Assembly: GCA_026770705.1 (NCBI GenBank)
Contig: JANJGN010000007.1
Coordinates: forward strand, 96,472,001 to 96,536,000
DNA length: 64,000 bases
Direction: 5' to 3'
Origin: Isurus oxyrinchus
Taxonomy: Eukaryota
Part shown: positions 36,290 to 48,900 of the stretch, piece by piece
Position numbering within the stretch: position 1 is the first letter of the stretch
Layout: every line of letters starts with the position of its first letter
Notes under the pieces: model-generated
What the model was told of the DNA's origin: nothing
Database searches by the model: none
What the model saw: only the letters and a program-made list of their open reading frames with translations
Position numbers and translations under genes: made by a program

Positions 36290-37985
36290 TGGATTCTGTC
36301 CTTCTCCCTGTCAACTGCCTAAGGCTGAACCAGCCTATTTGTAACCTTCGTATTTTTTTGTGGCCCCGAGATTAGATTCTGATCAGATATCTGCCCCAGC
36401 ACTGAGTTTGCGTACCTCCACTTCCATAACATGACCACACTTTGCTGTTGTCCATGAATCTGCTGTTGAAATCCTTATACATGCCATTGTTACCTCTAGA
36501 TCTTACTATCCCAATGCACCCCTGGTCTTATTCATCTCAAACTGCTTCACAGGAGAGAGATCAAACAGAATTCAACATCAAACCAGTTAGGACAGATAGC
36601 CAACAGCTTGATCAAAGAGGTAGGTTTTAAGAAGCATCTTAAAGAAGGAAGGTGAAACAGAGAGGTTTAGGGAGGCTTTTCCAGAGCTTAGGGCCAAGCA
36701 GCTGAAGGCACTCTACAATGGTATAGGGATTAAAATTGGGGTGCACAGGTGGTAAGCATTGGAGGAGCTCAGAAATCCCAGAGGGTTGGAAGGTTGGAAG
36801 AATTCTGGGGGAAAGGATATGCCCATGAGGGATTTGAAAACAAAGATGAGAATTTTAAAAATGCAGTATTGACCAATCCAAAGGCAATATAGGTCAGAAA
36901 GCACAGGGGTGATGGACGGATTGAAATGGTGCAAGTTAGGATACAGGCAGCAAGTTTTAGATAAGTTTAAGTTCATGAAAAATGAAAGATGGGAGGTCGA
37001 TGAAATTTGGGGCAAGTTATGGAGATGGAAGTCTCAGTGATGCGGCAGATACCTGATAAGAAACTCAGCTCAGGATCAAATGCAACAAACAATCGAGTTG
37101 AGCATTAGACGATTCCAAAGAAAAGTCATGGACTCTGCAGTGGCTATGGGATGGAGTTTGTGGTGAGGTCCAATGGCAATTGCTTGGTCTTCCCAATAAT
37201 TAGTTGGAGGAAATTTCTGCTCATTCAGCACTTAGATGTATGACATGTTGGCTGATAATGTAGAGACAACAAAGAAGTTGAAATATGTGTAGGTAAGGTA
37301 GAGCTGTACATGTGAAAACTGATGTGTTTTTGGATGATGTTGCTGAGGCGCTGCCTGTAGATAAGAAAAAGAAAGGGCTAAGATAGTTCTTTGGGAGTCA
37401 CCATACAAGGATGGGAATAGAATCCACTCTGGCTTATTTACCGAAGATAAAGTGTGGAACCAGGCGAGTGCATTCCACCCAATTGGATGATGGAGTTGAA
37501 GCTTTGGAGGAGGATGTTGCAGCTAGCCATATTGAAGTTTGCAGACAGGTCTAAGAGGACAATGAAGAATAGCTTACCAAAGTCACAGTTACAAAGGATG
37601 TCATTTGTGTTTTCTGGGAGGGGTAGATATCTAATTGGAGTGATTCAAGCATGAAATAATTGGAAAAAATTGCAAACACTTCAGGGAGAAAAAGGGGGGT
37701 TTGAGATGGGACAGTAGTTTGCAAGGATGGTGGCAAGGGGTTTCTTTGAGGGGGGGACAATGGTAGCAAATATGAAGGGGAGGGGGACAGTACCTGAGGA
37801 GAGTGAACCACTAAAAACTGCAGCTAACATGAGGGCCAGGAAGAGAAATTGGGTGGTCAGCAGTTTAGTAGGAATAAGATCAAGGGAGCAGGAGGTGGGT
37901 CTCATGGGCTAGCTGTGTTTGAAGAGGGCATGAGACGAGGGGAAAGAAACTAGAGAACAATGCGAGCTCAGAGCTAGGGCAGAGT
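36290..37985 (-). mobile_element. L2 LINE fragments (minus copy about 36545-37985; short plus copy about 36290-36530)
   Basis: RPTSCSLDLIPTKLL...SLSSGTVP...LANYCPISN and SITPVLSDLYCL...FKILIFVFKSL are L2 RT motifs. Confidence 0.75.
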
Positions 37986-38312
37986 GAGAGCTAAACTTCA
38001 CTTCACACTTACCTATATTGAAGTGCATTTGCCTGTTAGACACCCCTTTTGAAGAGTTTTAATTTCTTCCTGCATTTTATCACAATCCTCCTCCATATTA
38101 ACCATTGTTATAATCCTAGATGATACTATTACTGGACAAGCCAGATCCTAGGGTTGAACTCAATGTGATAAATGCTAACTTTTATTTTTTGTTTGGAAAC
38201 ATGGAGAATGGCTACTGAACAGAGTCACAGGAGTCAGCTAATGAACTTTTAACAAAAGAATGAAATATTGATTAAACAGTAAAAAATTAACTATATTATA
38301 TTACTCCTTTAC

Positions 38313-38721
38313 CCTCTCACTCTCTCTCCCCCTCTCTCCTTTCCCTTCCCACTGTGTCTCTGTCTCTCTCCCCTATCCCACTGTGTCTCTGTCTCTCTCT
38401 CTCTCCTTTCCCATCCTGCCTGTCAGTCTGTCTCTCTTCCATTTCCCACTCTCTCTCTCTCTCCTTTCCAACACCCCCCCCCACTTCTCTCTCTCTCCCT
38501 TTCCTTTCCCTTCCCACTATCTTCTCAGGCTCTCTCCTTTCCCACTCTGTCTCTCTCTGTCCTTCTCTATCCCCTTTCCCCCTCTCTCTCTCCTTTCCCA
38601 CAATCTCTCTCCCACTCTCTTTTCCCACTCTGTCTGTCTGCCACTCTCTCCCACTCTCTCTCCTTTCCCACTCTGTCTCTCATTTCCCACTCTGTCTTTG
38701 CCTGTCGCTCTCTCTCTCTCT
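38313..38721. repeat. CT-rich low-complexity / compound microsatellite
   Basis: Reiterated tctctc and ctttcccactct units. Confidence 0.9.
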
Positions 38722-39024
38722 AGAGCCTGGACCCTATCCAGACAATCTGCAGGGGCTGAGCCCCAACCTGCAGGGTGCCACGGATGGACCCTGGGGGAGG
38801 TGTGGATCTGGAGGGGTGTGGTCTACCAGTGGAGCTAAGTGAGCTGCAGATAGAGCCGGTGGGGGGGAGGGAGAGGGTGCTGGGAGTCAGGGTGGGGCAG
38901 GGCAATGCTCCCTCCCCAGTTACTCACAGCTCATCATCCAATTGGCGGTGGGTGGTTTCCTTTCCCTGCTCCTGCTTTTGGATCCGAAGCCTTACTCTCT
39001 CCTCACAGCCTGAGCCTTAGCATG

Positions 39025-40735
39025 AAAAGTGGGGCCAGAGTGCAGATGAGAAGGATGATGTAGGTATAGAAATCAGGGAGGGGGACTGTGATATACTTGA
39101 ACAAATTAGCATTGAAAGGGCGGAGGTATTAGTGGTATTAGCAGGCTTAAGAGTGGATAAATCCCCAGGCCCAGATGAAATGTATCTCAGGCTGCTATGT
39201 GAGGCAAGGGAAGAGAACGCAGGGGTCTGACACCAATTTTCAAATCCTCTCTGGCCACAGGAGAGGTGCCAGAGGACTGGAGGACAGTGAATGTGGTACC
39301 ATTATTCAAGAAGACTAGCAGGGAAAAACCAGGTAATTACAGGCCAGTGAGTCTAACATCAGAGGTAGGGAAACTTTTGGAAAAATCCTGAGGGACAGGA
39401 TTAATCTCCCTCACTTGGACAGGCAGAGATTAATCAGGGATAGTCAGCATGGCTTTGTCAGGGGTTGGGGGACAAGTCTAACAAATTTCATTGAATTTTT
39501 CGAGAAGGTGACTAGTTATGTAGATGAGGGTAATGTAGTTGATGTAGTCTACATGGACATCAGTAAAGCTTTTGACAAGTTGTTGCATGGGGAAATGGTC
39601 AAGAAGGTTAGAGCCCATGGGATACAGGGCAATTTGGCAAATTGGATCCAAAATTTGCTTAGTGGCAGGAGGCAGAGGGTGATGATCGAAGGTTGTTTTT
39701 ATGATTGGAAGCATGTGACAAGTGGTATACCGCATGGATCGGTGCTGGAACCCTTGCTGTTTATAGTGTGCATGAATGATTTAGACATGAATGTAGGAGG
39801 TATGACCAGTAAGTTCGCAGATGACATAAAAATTGGTGGTGTCATAAATAGTGAGGAGGAAAGCCTTAGAAGACAGGGCAATATAGATGGGCTGGTGACA
39901 TGGGCAGAGCAGTGGCAAATGGAATTTAATCCTGAGAAGTGTGAGGTGAAGCATTTTGGGAGGACTAACACAGCAAGGGAATACGCAATGAATGGTAGGA
40001 CCCTAGGAAATACAGAGGATCAGAGGAACCTTGGTGTACGTGTCCATAGATCCCTGAAGGCAGTAGCACAGATAGATAAAGTGGTTAAGAAGGCAAATGG
40101 GATACTTGCCTTTATTAGCTGCAGCATGGAATACAAGAGCAGGAAGATTATGTCAGAGCTATATAAAATGCTAGTTATGCCACAGCTGGAGTACTGTGTG
40201 CAGTTCTGGTTGCCACACTATAGGAAGGATGTGATTGCACTGGAGAGGGTGCAGAGGAGATTCAAAGGATGTTACCTGGGCTGGAGCGTTTCAGCTATGA
40301 AGAGAGACTGGATTGGCTAGGGCTGTTTTCCTTTGAGCAGAGAAGGCTGAGGGGGGACCTGATAGAGGTATAAAAAATTATGAGGGGCAAAGGTAGGGTA
40401 GATAGGAATAAATTTTTCCCCTTAGTGGAGGTGTCAATAACCAGGCAGCATGAATTTAAGGTAAGGGGCCAGAAGTTTGGAGCGGATTTGAGGAAACAAT
40501 TTTTTCACCCAGAGGATGATTGGAATCTGGGACTGGCTGCATGAGGGGGTGGTAGAGGCAGGAACCCTCACAACGTTAAGAAGTATTTAGATGAGCACTT
40601 GAAACGCCATTGCTTACAGGGCTACGGGCCAAGTGCTGGAGAATGGGATTAGAATAGATAGGTGTGTAATGGCTGGCATGGACATGAAGGGCTGAAGGGC
40701 CTGTTTCTGTGCTGTATAACTCTTTGATTCTATGA
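39025..40735 (+). mobile_element. CR1 LINE, 5'-truncated, with 301-aa RT ORF remnant
   Basis: SQHGFVRG...VDVVYMDISKAFDK...SGIPHGSVLEPLLF...KFADDIKIG...LEYCVQFW; CR1 3' tail at about 40700-40735. Confidence 0.92.
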
Positions 40736-41614
40736 CATAAAACCGAAAATGGTGACACAAATCAAGAAAAAGTTCTAAAGCAAAAATGATTTTAGGCAGG
40801 GCAACTTAATGTGAGGACTCAGTGTATCCATACCATAAAACAGCCATACAAACACCGGTAAAAGTGCAAACAAGATTTACAAAGATGCTCCAGATCTGAA
40901 AAAGTACATCTATTGGGATGGGTTGAAGAGGTTAAGAATTTATTCTTTAGAAAAGTGAATGAAGACTTAGAGCAGACCTGATAGAGGTCTTTCAATATAT
41001 GATTGGGTTGGGCAGGATGATGCCTGGATATTGTTTCCACTTGTGAGCGAGTGCAAAACTAGATGAATACCAGATAGTAGCAAATCAATTCAATTGGGAA
41101 ATAAGGAAAAATGTCTTTAGTCAGAGTGGTTAGAACATGGCACTCAGCATCACAGGAAGTGGTTGAGGCAAAGAACAGGATGCTTTCAAAAATAAACTAG
41201 GTGAGTACATGTGGGCTGAGGGACCTGTGGGATAGGGGATGCTGAAAGGTGGAGTGAGAGAGCCTTATTTGGAACATAAACACCAGCAAAGACTAGTTGA
41301 GCTGATGGCCTGTTATTCTGCTGTACATTCTGTGTGATCCTCTGTAAATACTTGAAAGGGAAGAAAGTTGCAGAGATATGGAAAAATAGCAGTGGAGTCA
41401 GGCTAATTGAATAGCTCTTTCAAAGAGCCAGCACAGGCATGATGAGCAGAACATTCTATGCTTCATTTGGCTGAAATAGCTTCTAATACCAATGAGAATG
41501 AAATATAAAATTAAAACAGAAAGTATTGGAAAAACTCAGCAGGTCTGGCTGCATCTGTGTAGAGAGAAACAGAGTTAACATTTTGAGTCCAAAATGACAC
41601 TTCTTTGAAACTCT

Positions 41615-42175
41615 CAAAATCTATCCTTGAATATACTCAATGACTGAACATCCACAATCCTCTGGGATAGAGAATTCCAAAGATTCACAAATTTCTGAGT
41701 GAAGACATTTTTCCTCATCTCTCCTTTAACTCTTCATTTTTCAAAGAAATAAAGGTGATGGAATCCTTATCTTGAGACTGTGCCCCCAAGTTTTAGATTC
41801 CACAGTCAGGGGAACCATCCTCTCAGTGTCCACCCTGTCAAACTCCTTCAGAATCTTGTATGTTTCAATTAGATTATCTCTCATTCTTCTAAACTCCAGA
41901 GTATAGACCCAATGTACAAAGCCTTTCATCATAGGACAACCGTCTAATCCCAGAAACCAATTAGTAAACCTTTTCAGCACCTCCTCCAGGGTAGTATATA
42001 CTTCCTTAGGTGTGGAGACCGAAACTGCACACAATATTCCAGCTATGGTTGCATCAAAGTCCCATACAATTGCAATAAGACTTTTATACTTCTGTGCACA
42101 ATCCCCTTGCACTAAAAGCCAAAATGCCATTTGCCTTCCGAAGTGCCTGCTGTATCTGCCAACTTTCTGTATTCT
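41615..42175 (-). mobile_element. CR1 LINE 3' fragment
   Basis: TLEFRRMRDNLIETYKILKEFDRVD. Confidence 0.75.
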
Positions 42176-42969
42176 TTGTTTGAGTCACTGTGAATATCAA
42201 TTTTTACAGCAGGAATGACAAAGGCACATCCTGCTCAGTCAACACTGCAAAATCCTCCTCCCTAACCTCTGGGGGCTTGTCCCAAAATTGGCAGAACTGT
42301 CCCACAAGCTATTCCAGCAACAAATTGACAGTGTCATACTCACCGAATCATACCTTTCAGCCAATGCCCTAGACACATTTGGTCGCCATGCCTATGTATG
42401 CCCTGTTCCACTGGTAGGACAGACTGAACAGAGGTGGTGGCACAGCAGTAAACAGTTGGGAGATAGTGGCTCTGGGAGTCCTCAACATTCATACCATCAG
42501 AGTCTCATGGCATCACATCAAACATGAGCAAGGAAGCTTCCTGCTGTTTACCATTTACTGCTCTCCCTCAGCTAATGAATCATAAGAACAAAGGAACAGG
42601 AGTCAGCCATTCAGCCCATTGAGCCTGTTCCACCATTCAATTAGATCATGGTTGATCATCATCTATCTCAATGCCACTTTCCCACACTATCTCCATATTC
42701 CTTGATGTCATTAATCTCCAGAGCTACACTGATTTCTGTCTTGAACATGCTCAATGATTGAGCTTCCACAGCCCTCTGGGGTAGAGAATTCCAAAGAATA
42801 AATTGCTCCTCCTCTCAGCCTTAAATGACCTTTCCTTTTCCTGAGATTATGTCCCCTAGTTCTAGACTCCTATCTACATCTACACTGTCATGCCCTGTAA
42901 GAATTTTATAAGTTTCAATGAGATCATTCTTTGAAACTCTAAGGAATACAGGTCCAGCTCCCTCAATCT

Positions 42970-44100
42970 GGGTAATGATGTGAACTGGTAGTCCAGAGGC
43001 TTAGGCTAATACTTTGGGGCATGGGGTCAAATCCCAACATGGCAGCTGTTGTAATTTGTATTCAGTGAAAAGAAAAATTCTAGCATAGAAAGCTAGCTAG
43101 TCTCAGTAATGGTAATGATGAAATTATCATTTGTTGTGACATGACACTAGGAAGTTCTGAGGAACAAAGGGACCTTAGCATGTGTCCATAGATTTCTGAA
43201 GGTGGAGGGGTATGTCAGTGGGGTGGTGAAAAAGGCATTTGCTGCACTTGCCTTTATCGATCGAGGCATAGATTACAAAGGTAAGGAGCTCATGTTGGAG
43301 TTGTATAGAACCTTGGTGAGGCCACAGCTGGAATAGTGTGTGCAGTTCTGGGCGCCACATTATAGGAAGGATGTGATTGCACTGGAGGGGCTGCAGAGGA
43401 GATTCACCAGGATGTTGCCTGGGATGAAACATTTAAGTTACGAAGAGAGGTTGGATAGACTTGTGTTGTTTTCGTTGGAGCAGAGAAGACGGAGGGGTGA
43501 CCTGATTGAGGTGTACAAGATAATGAGGGACATGGGCAGGGTGGATAGGGAGCAGCTGTTCCCCTTAGTTGAAGGGTCAGTCATGAGGGAACATAATTTC
43601 AAGGTGAGGGGCAGGAGGTTTAGGGGAATATGTGGAAAATCTTTTTTATCAAGAGGGTGGTGATGGTCTACGCTGTCTGGGAGGGTGGTGGAGGTGGGTT
43701 GCCTCACATCCTTTAAAAAGTACCTGGATGAGCACATGGCACGTCATCATATTCAAGGCTATGGGCCAATTGCTGATAAATGGGATTAGGTAGGTAGGTC
43801 ACGTGTTTCTCATATGTTAGTGCAGACTCGATGGGCTGAAGGGCCTCTTCTGCACTGTGTGATTCTGTGATTGTTGTAAAAACCCATCTGGTTCCTAAAT
43901 GCCCTTTAGGGAAGGAAATCTGCCATCCTTACTTGGTCTGGCCTGCACATGACTCTAGACCCACAGCAATGTTGTTGACTCTTAAATGGCCTCAGAAATG
44001 GCCTATCAAGCCACACAGTTGAAGAGCAATTAGAGATGGGCAACAAATGCTGGACTTGCCAGCGATGCCTACATCCCATGTAGGAATGAAGAAAAAAAAA
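42970..44100 (+). mobile_element. tRNA-derived SINE split by a young CR1
   Basis: Head 42970-43137 (ggggtcaaatccca), body resumes at 43871-44100 and ends in poly(A). Confidence 0.75.
43138..43870 (+). mobile_element. Young 5'-truncated CR1 with 7-bp TSD
   Basis: ttgttgt at 43131-37 and 43871-77; [15 protein letters not shown]...LIEVYKIM; gattctgtga tail. Confidence 0.85.
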
Positions 44101-47100
44101 TTCTCCTCATAAGACAATCCCACCATCCCAGGGATTAGTCTGGTGAACCACCTCATTGCATTCCCTCTTTGGCAAGTATATCCTTCCTTAGATAAGGAGA
44201 CCAACACTGCACACAATACTCAAGTTGCTGTCTCACCAAGGCTCTATACAATTGCACCAAGACATCTTTACTTCTGTACTCAAATCCCCTTGCAATGAAG
44301 GCCAACATACTGTTTGCCTTCCTTAGTGATTGTTGGACATACATGCTAGGTTTTAGTGACTCATGAACAAGGACACCCAGGTCTCTTTGGCCACCCACGC
44401 TTCCCAACCTCTCACCATTTAAGAAATACTCTGACTTGCTTTTTCAACCAAAGTGAATAACTTCACATTTATTCACATTATATTCCATCTGCTATGTTCT
44501 TGGCCATTCATTTAGCCAAACCTAGTCTGCCTAAAGCCTCCTTGCATCCTCCTCACAACTTACATCCCCATCTGGCTTTGTGTCATCAGCAAATTTGGAA
44601 ATATTGCAATTTGTCCCCACATACATTTATATAGAGTGTGAACCTAGCACTGATTCTTGCGATACCCCACTAGTGATAGCATGTCACTCTGAGAATGATC
44701 CATTTATTCTTACTCATTGCTTTCTGTCTGTTCACAAACTCTCAATCCATACTAGTATATTACTTCAATTCCAGGTGCTCTAATTTTATTTCCTAACCTC
44801 CTGTGTGGAACCTTATCAATAGCCTTCTGAAAATCCAAATACACCACATCCATTGGTTCTCCTTTATCTAAGTTAAAAGTAATATCCTCAAAAACTCCAG
44901 CATATAGGATATAAGGATAATGTGGGAAAGAGAGATAATGGATGCATTGGTGGATATCTTTCAAAATTCTACAGATTCTGGAAAGATTCCTGTGGACTGG
45001 AAGGTAGAAAACCTTCAGTGGATGATCAGCCGTGATCACACTGAATGGTGGAGCAGGCCCAATGGGCTGAATGGCCTATTCCTTCTCTTGTGTTGCTTGG
45101 TTTGTGAAACATGATTTCCCTTTCATAAATCCATGTTGACTCTGCCCAATTTTACCATTATTCTCTAAGTGTCCAGTTACCATATCCTTTGTAATAGATT
45201 TTAATATTTTCCACACAACTGGCGTCAAACTAACAGATCTGTAGTTTTCAGTTTTATCTCTCCCTCCCTTCTTTAATAGTGGGGTTACATTTTCTACCTC
45301 CCAGTCCACAGGAACCTTTCCAGAATGTATAGAATTTTGAAAGATATCCACCAATGCATCCATTATCTCTCTAGCCACTTCCTTCAACACTCTGAGATGA
45401 AGCTGATCTGATACAGGGAATTTATCAGAATTCAATCCAGTTAACTTTTCAAATACTACCTTACTTGAAGTACTTACTCAAATACTTACTAATATTAATT
45501 TCTTTCAGTTCCTCAGTTTCCCAAGTCTTTGTTTACCTAGTAGATCTGGGAGATTTTCTGTATCTTCTTCCATGAAGACAGACACAAAGGCCGGGATTTG
45601 GCAACCCAGCAAAACTCCATTGATTTTTGGCAGGAATTTCCAGTCCCAGCCACAGTAATTGTTTAGTTCCTCCACTATTTCCCTGTTCTCCATTATAGAT
45701 TCTCCTGTCTCCACATGTAATGGACCTACATTTGTCCTAGATAATATTTTCCTTTTTGCACATTGAAAGAAGTTTTTACAGTTTGCCTTTATGTTTCTCA
45801 CTAGCTTCCATTCATATTCCCTTTTTCCTTTTTTCATTAGTTTCTTGCTCAATATTCCTCCATGTTGAACAATTTGGAAGAAGCACTGAGTTTGGTTAGG
45901 ACGTAGCATCTACTTTGGTTCACGGATTTCAATGTTCATCACCAAGAGAGGCTCTATAGAAGCACTACTGATTGAGCTGACCGAGTCCTCAAGGACAGAT
46001 GTGCCAGAATGGACTTGTGGTAAGAGAACCAACAGGAGGGAAAAAAAACATCTTGACTTCATCTTCACAAATCGACCTGGTGCAAATGCATCTGTTGATG
46101 ACAGAATTGGTAGGATTTCACATAAAATTGATGAGGTCGAAGCTCTGCCGTCCTGCCACCTCCAGTCTTGAATCGTGGGGCACAACTGGCAGGAGGAGAA
46201 GGCTACACAAATATACCCATCCTCAGTGATGGGGATGTAAAGCACATTGGTGCAAAAGGCAAAGCTGAAGTATTTAGAACCATTTTCAGACAGAGTGCCA
46301 AATGATCCATCTCAGCTGCTTCTGGAGGTCCTCAGCATCATGGGTGCTAATCATCAGCCAGTTTGATTTATTCCACATGATATCAAGAAATGATTGAAGG
46401 CACTGGATACTGCAAAGGCTATGGGCCCTGACAACATTCTGACAATAGTACTGAAGGCTTGTGCTCCAGAACATGCTGCGCCCCTAACCAAGCTGTTCCA
46501 GTACAGTTAGAACACTGGCATCTACCTGACAATGCGGAAGATTGCCCTGGTATGTCCTGTCCACAAAATGCAGGACAATTCCAACTTGGTCAATTACTGC
46601 TAGATTAGTCTACTCCGATCATCAGCAAAATGATTGAAGGGTTCGTCAACAGTGCTATCAAACAGCACTCAGCAATAATCTGCTCAGCTCTTGACCTCAT
46701 TACTTTGTCCAAACATGGCCAGATGAGCATAACTCAAGAGGTGAGGTGAGAGTGACTGCCCCAGATATCAAAGCTCCATTTGACGTACTGCGGCATCAGA
46801 GAGTCCTAGCAAAATTGGAGTCAATGGGAAAACTCTTCACTAGTTTGAGTGATACCTAGTACAAGAGAAGATGGTTGTGGTTGCTGGAGGTCAATCATCT
46901 CAGTCCCAGGATATCACTGCAGAAGTTCCTCAGGGTAGTGTTCTCAGCCCAACCATCTTCAGCTGTTTCATCAATGACTTTCCTTCCATCATCAGGTTAA
47001 AAGTGGGGATATTTGCTGATGATTGCCCAATGTTCAGTGCCATTCATAATTGCTCAGATATTGAAGCACCACGTGTCCGTATGCAGCAAGACCTGGACAG

Positions 47101-48900
47101 GAAGCAGGCCTGGGCTGATAAGTGGCAAATAACATTTGTATCACACAATTGCCAGGCAATGACCATCTCCAACAATGGAGAATGTGACCATCTCCAACAT
47201 TGGAGAATGTAACCATCTCCCCTTCATTTTCAATGGCATTACCATCACTAAATCCCCTACTATCAAAATCCTGGGGTTACAATTGACCAGGAACTGAACT
47301 GGACCAGCCATATAAATACTGCGGCTACATGAACAGGTTAGAAGCTGGGAATTCTGTGATGCGTAACTCACCTCCTGACTCCCCAAAAGCATGTCCATCA
47401 TCTACAAGGCATAAATCAAGAGTGTGAATGAAATACTCTGCTTTTGCCTGGATGACTGCAACTCCAACAACACTTAAGAAGCTTGACACCATCTAGGTCA
47501 AAGCAGCATGCTTGGTTGGCACCCCATCCATCACCTTCAACATTCACTTTCTCCACCACCGACACACAGTGGCAGCAGTGTGTACCATCTACAAGATGCA
47601 CTGCAACAACTCACAAAGGCTCCTTTGACAGCACCTTCCAAACACCCAATCTCTGCCACCTAGAAGGACAAGAGCAGCAGGTACATGGGAAAACCACCAT
47701 CTGCAAGTTCCCCTCCACGCCACACGCCATCCTGACTTGGAAGTATATCACCGTTCCTTCAGGGTCGCTGGATGAAAATCCTGGGACTCCCTCCCTAACA
47801 GCACTGTGAGTGTACCTAAACCACATGGACTGCAGCGGTTCTACAAGGCAGCTCACCACCATCTTTTCAAGGGAAATTAGGGATTGGCAATAAATACTGG
47901 CATGGCCAGAGACACCCACATCCCATGGAAGAATTTTTAAAAAGCACCTGACCTTCAAACTCTGTTTGGACTGTCTATTAAATGTATTAACATTTAACAG
48001 TAGCACAGTTCATTTACTTAATTTCCAATGAGACATTTGTTATGGTGACCGCTCACCCACAGGGGAAGAATCAGAATGGGGTTCAGCCTTGTACATCTGT
48101 CCTTCACAACCCAGCAGCCATATCAAGGACACTGCTATCAGAGGCCTGAGACCTGGTTCCCCTCATTTCTTCTGCCCTGGGAAACCTTTATGGATGTAAA
48201 ATACAAGCTACCATTTTCTTCTGAAAAATGTAAGTTCAAAAGCACTGGCTGGTTACACCACAGTCCAAAGAACTTAGTTGTAAATTTGGATTTAACTAAT
48301 GTTCACATTAACAAAGCAAAAATGGTGAACATTTTTCTTCAACTTTACAACAGGAATTTAAAGATTATTTATAAAATGAAAGCAAAAACTGCGGATCCTG
48401 GAACTGTTAAGGAGAATTAGGCTTGAAACATTAAACCTGTTTCTCTTTCCACAGATGTTGCCAGACAACCGGAGGAGTTTTTTCCAGCACTTTCTGCTTT
48501 TATTTATAGAGAGGTCCATTTTCCTCTGTGTCAGTGAATAGAAAGGAAATCCACCCTCTATTTTACAGACAACAACTTTGTCATTAAATTTTGGCAAATT
48601 TGGGGATACATAATGAACTTTACTAGGGTTTAGAGGGTTAATCTGAGGCCAGTTTATACTTTGCTTTTTAAGTAAACAATTTTGAACTTCCATTAGTCTT
48701 CACAGACTGGTCAGTGCACACACAAAGTTCTGACCCCATGATGACCAGCAATGCTACTTATACAGAGATCACACTGAACTGGAACATTGCATATACTGGA
48801 CAAAAAACAACTTCCATGGATAGAGCCAGTTAAAAACTGGATAAAGCTAGGAGAGAGAACAGCAATTTCACTTTTTTTCTGCAAAACCAGCATTGATCAT

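Larger units (their letters stand above)
42582..45848 (-). mobile_element. CR1 LINE inserted into LINE-B
   Basis: 3' tail cataagaaca at 42581; RT motifs VVYLDFQKAIDKVPH and SQHGFMKGKSCFTN. Confidence 0.8.
42190..47940 (+). mobile_element. LINE-B copy interrupted by nested insertions
   Basis: EN part 42190-42580 resumes at about 45850 (ctcctccatgttgaac). RT VPQGSVLSPTIFSCFIND...IFADDC (46871-47212). 3' tail at about 47880-47940. Confidence 0.8.

Noticed and set aside
38317-38842. Long Ser/Leu/Pro-rich and Arg/Glu-rich ORFs
   Set aside because: Artefacts of the CT microsatellite.
39415-40320. 301-aa RT ORF as an active or domesticated gene
   Set aside because: 5'-truncated CR1 with frameshifts on both sides and degenerate motifs (PHGSVLEP).
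48056-48220. Minus-strand exon candidate (tttttcag...GG|GTGAGC)
   Set aside because: Stops in all three frames and no recognisable product; at most non-coding.
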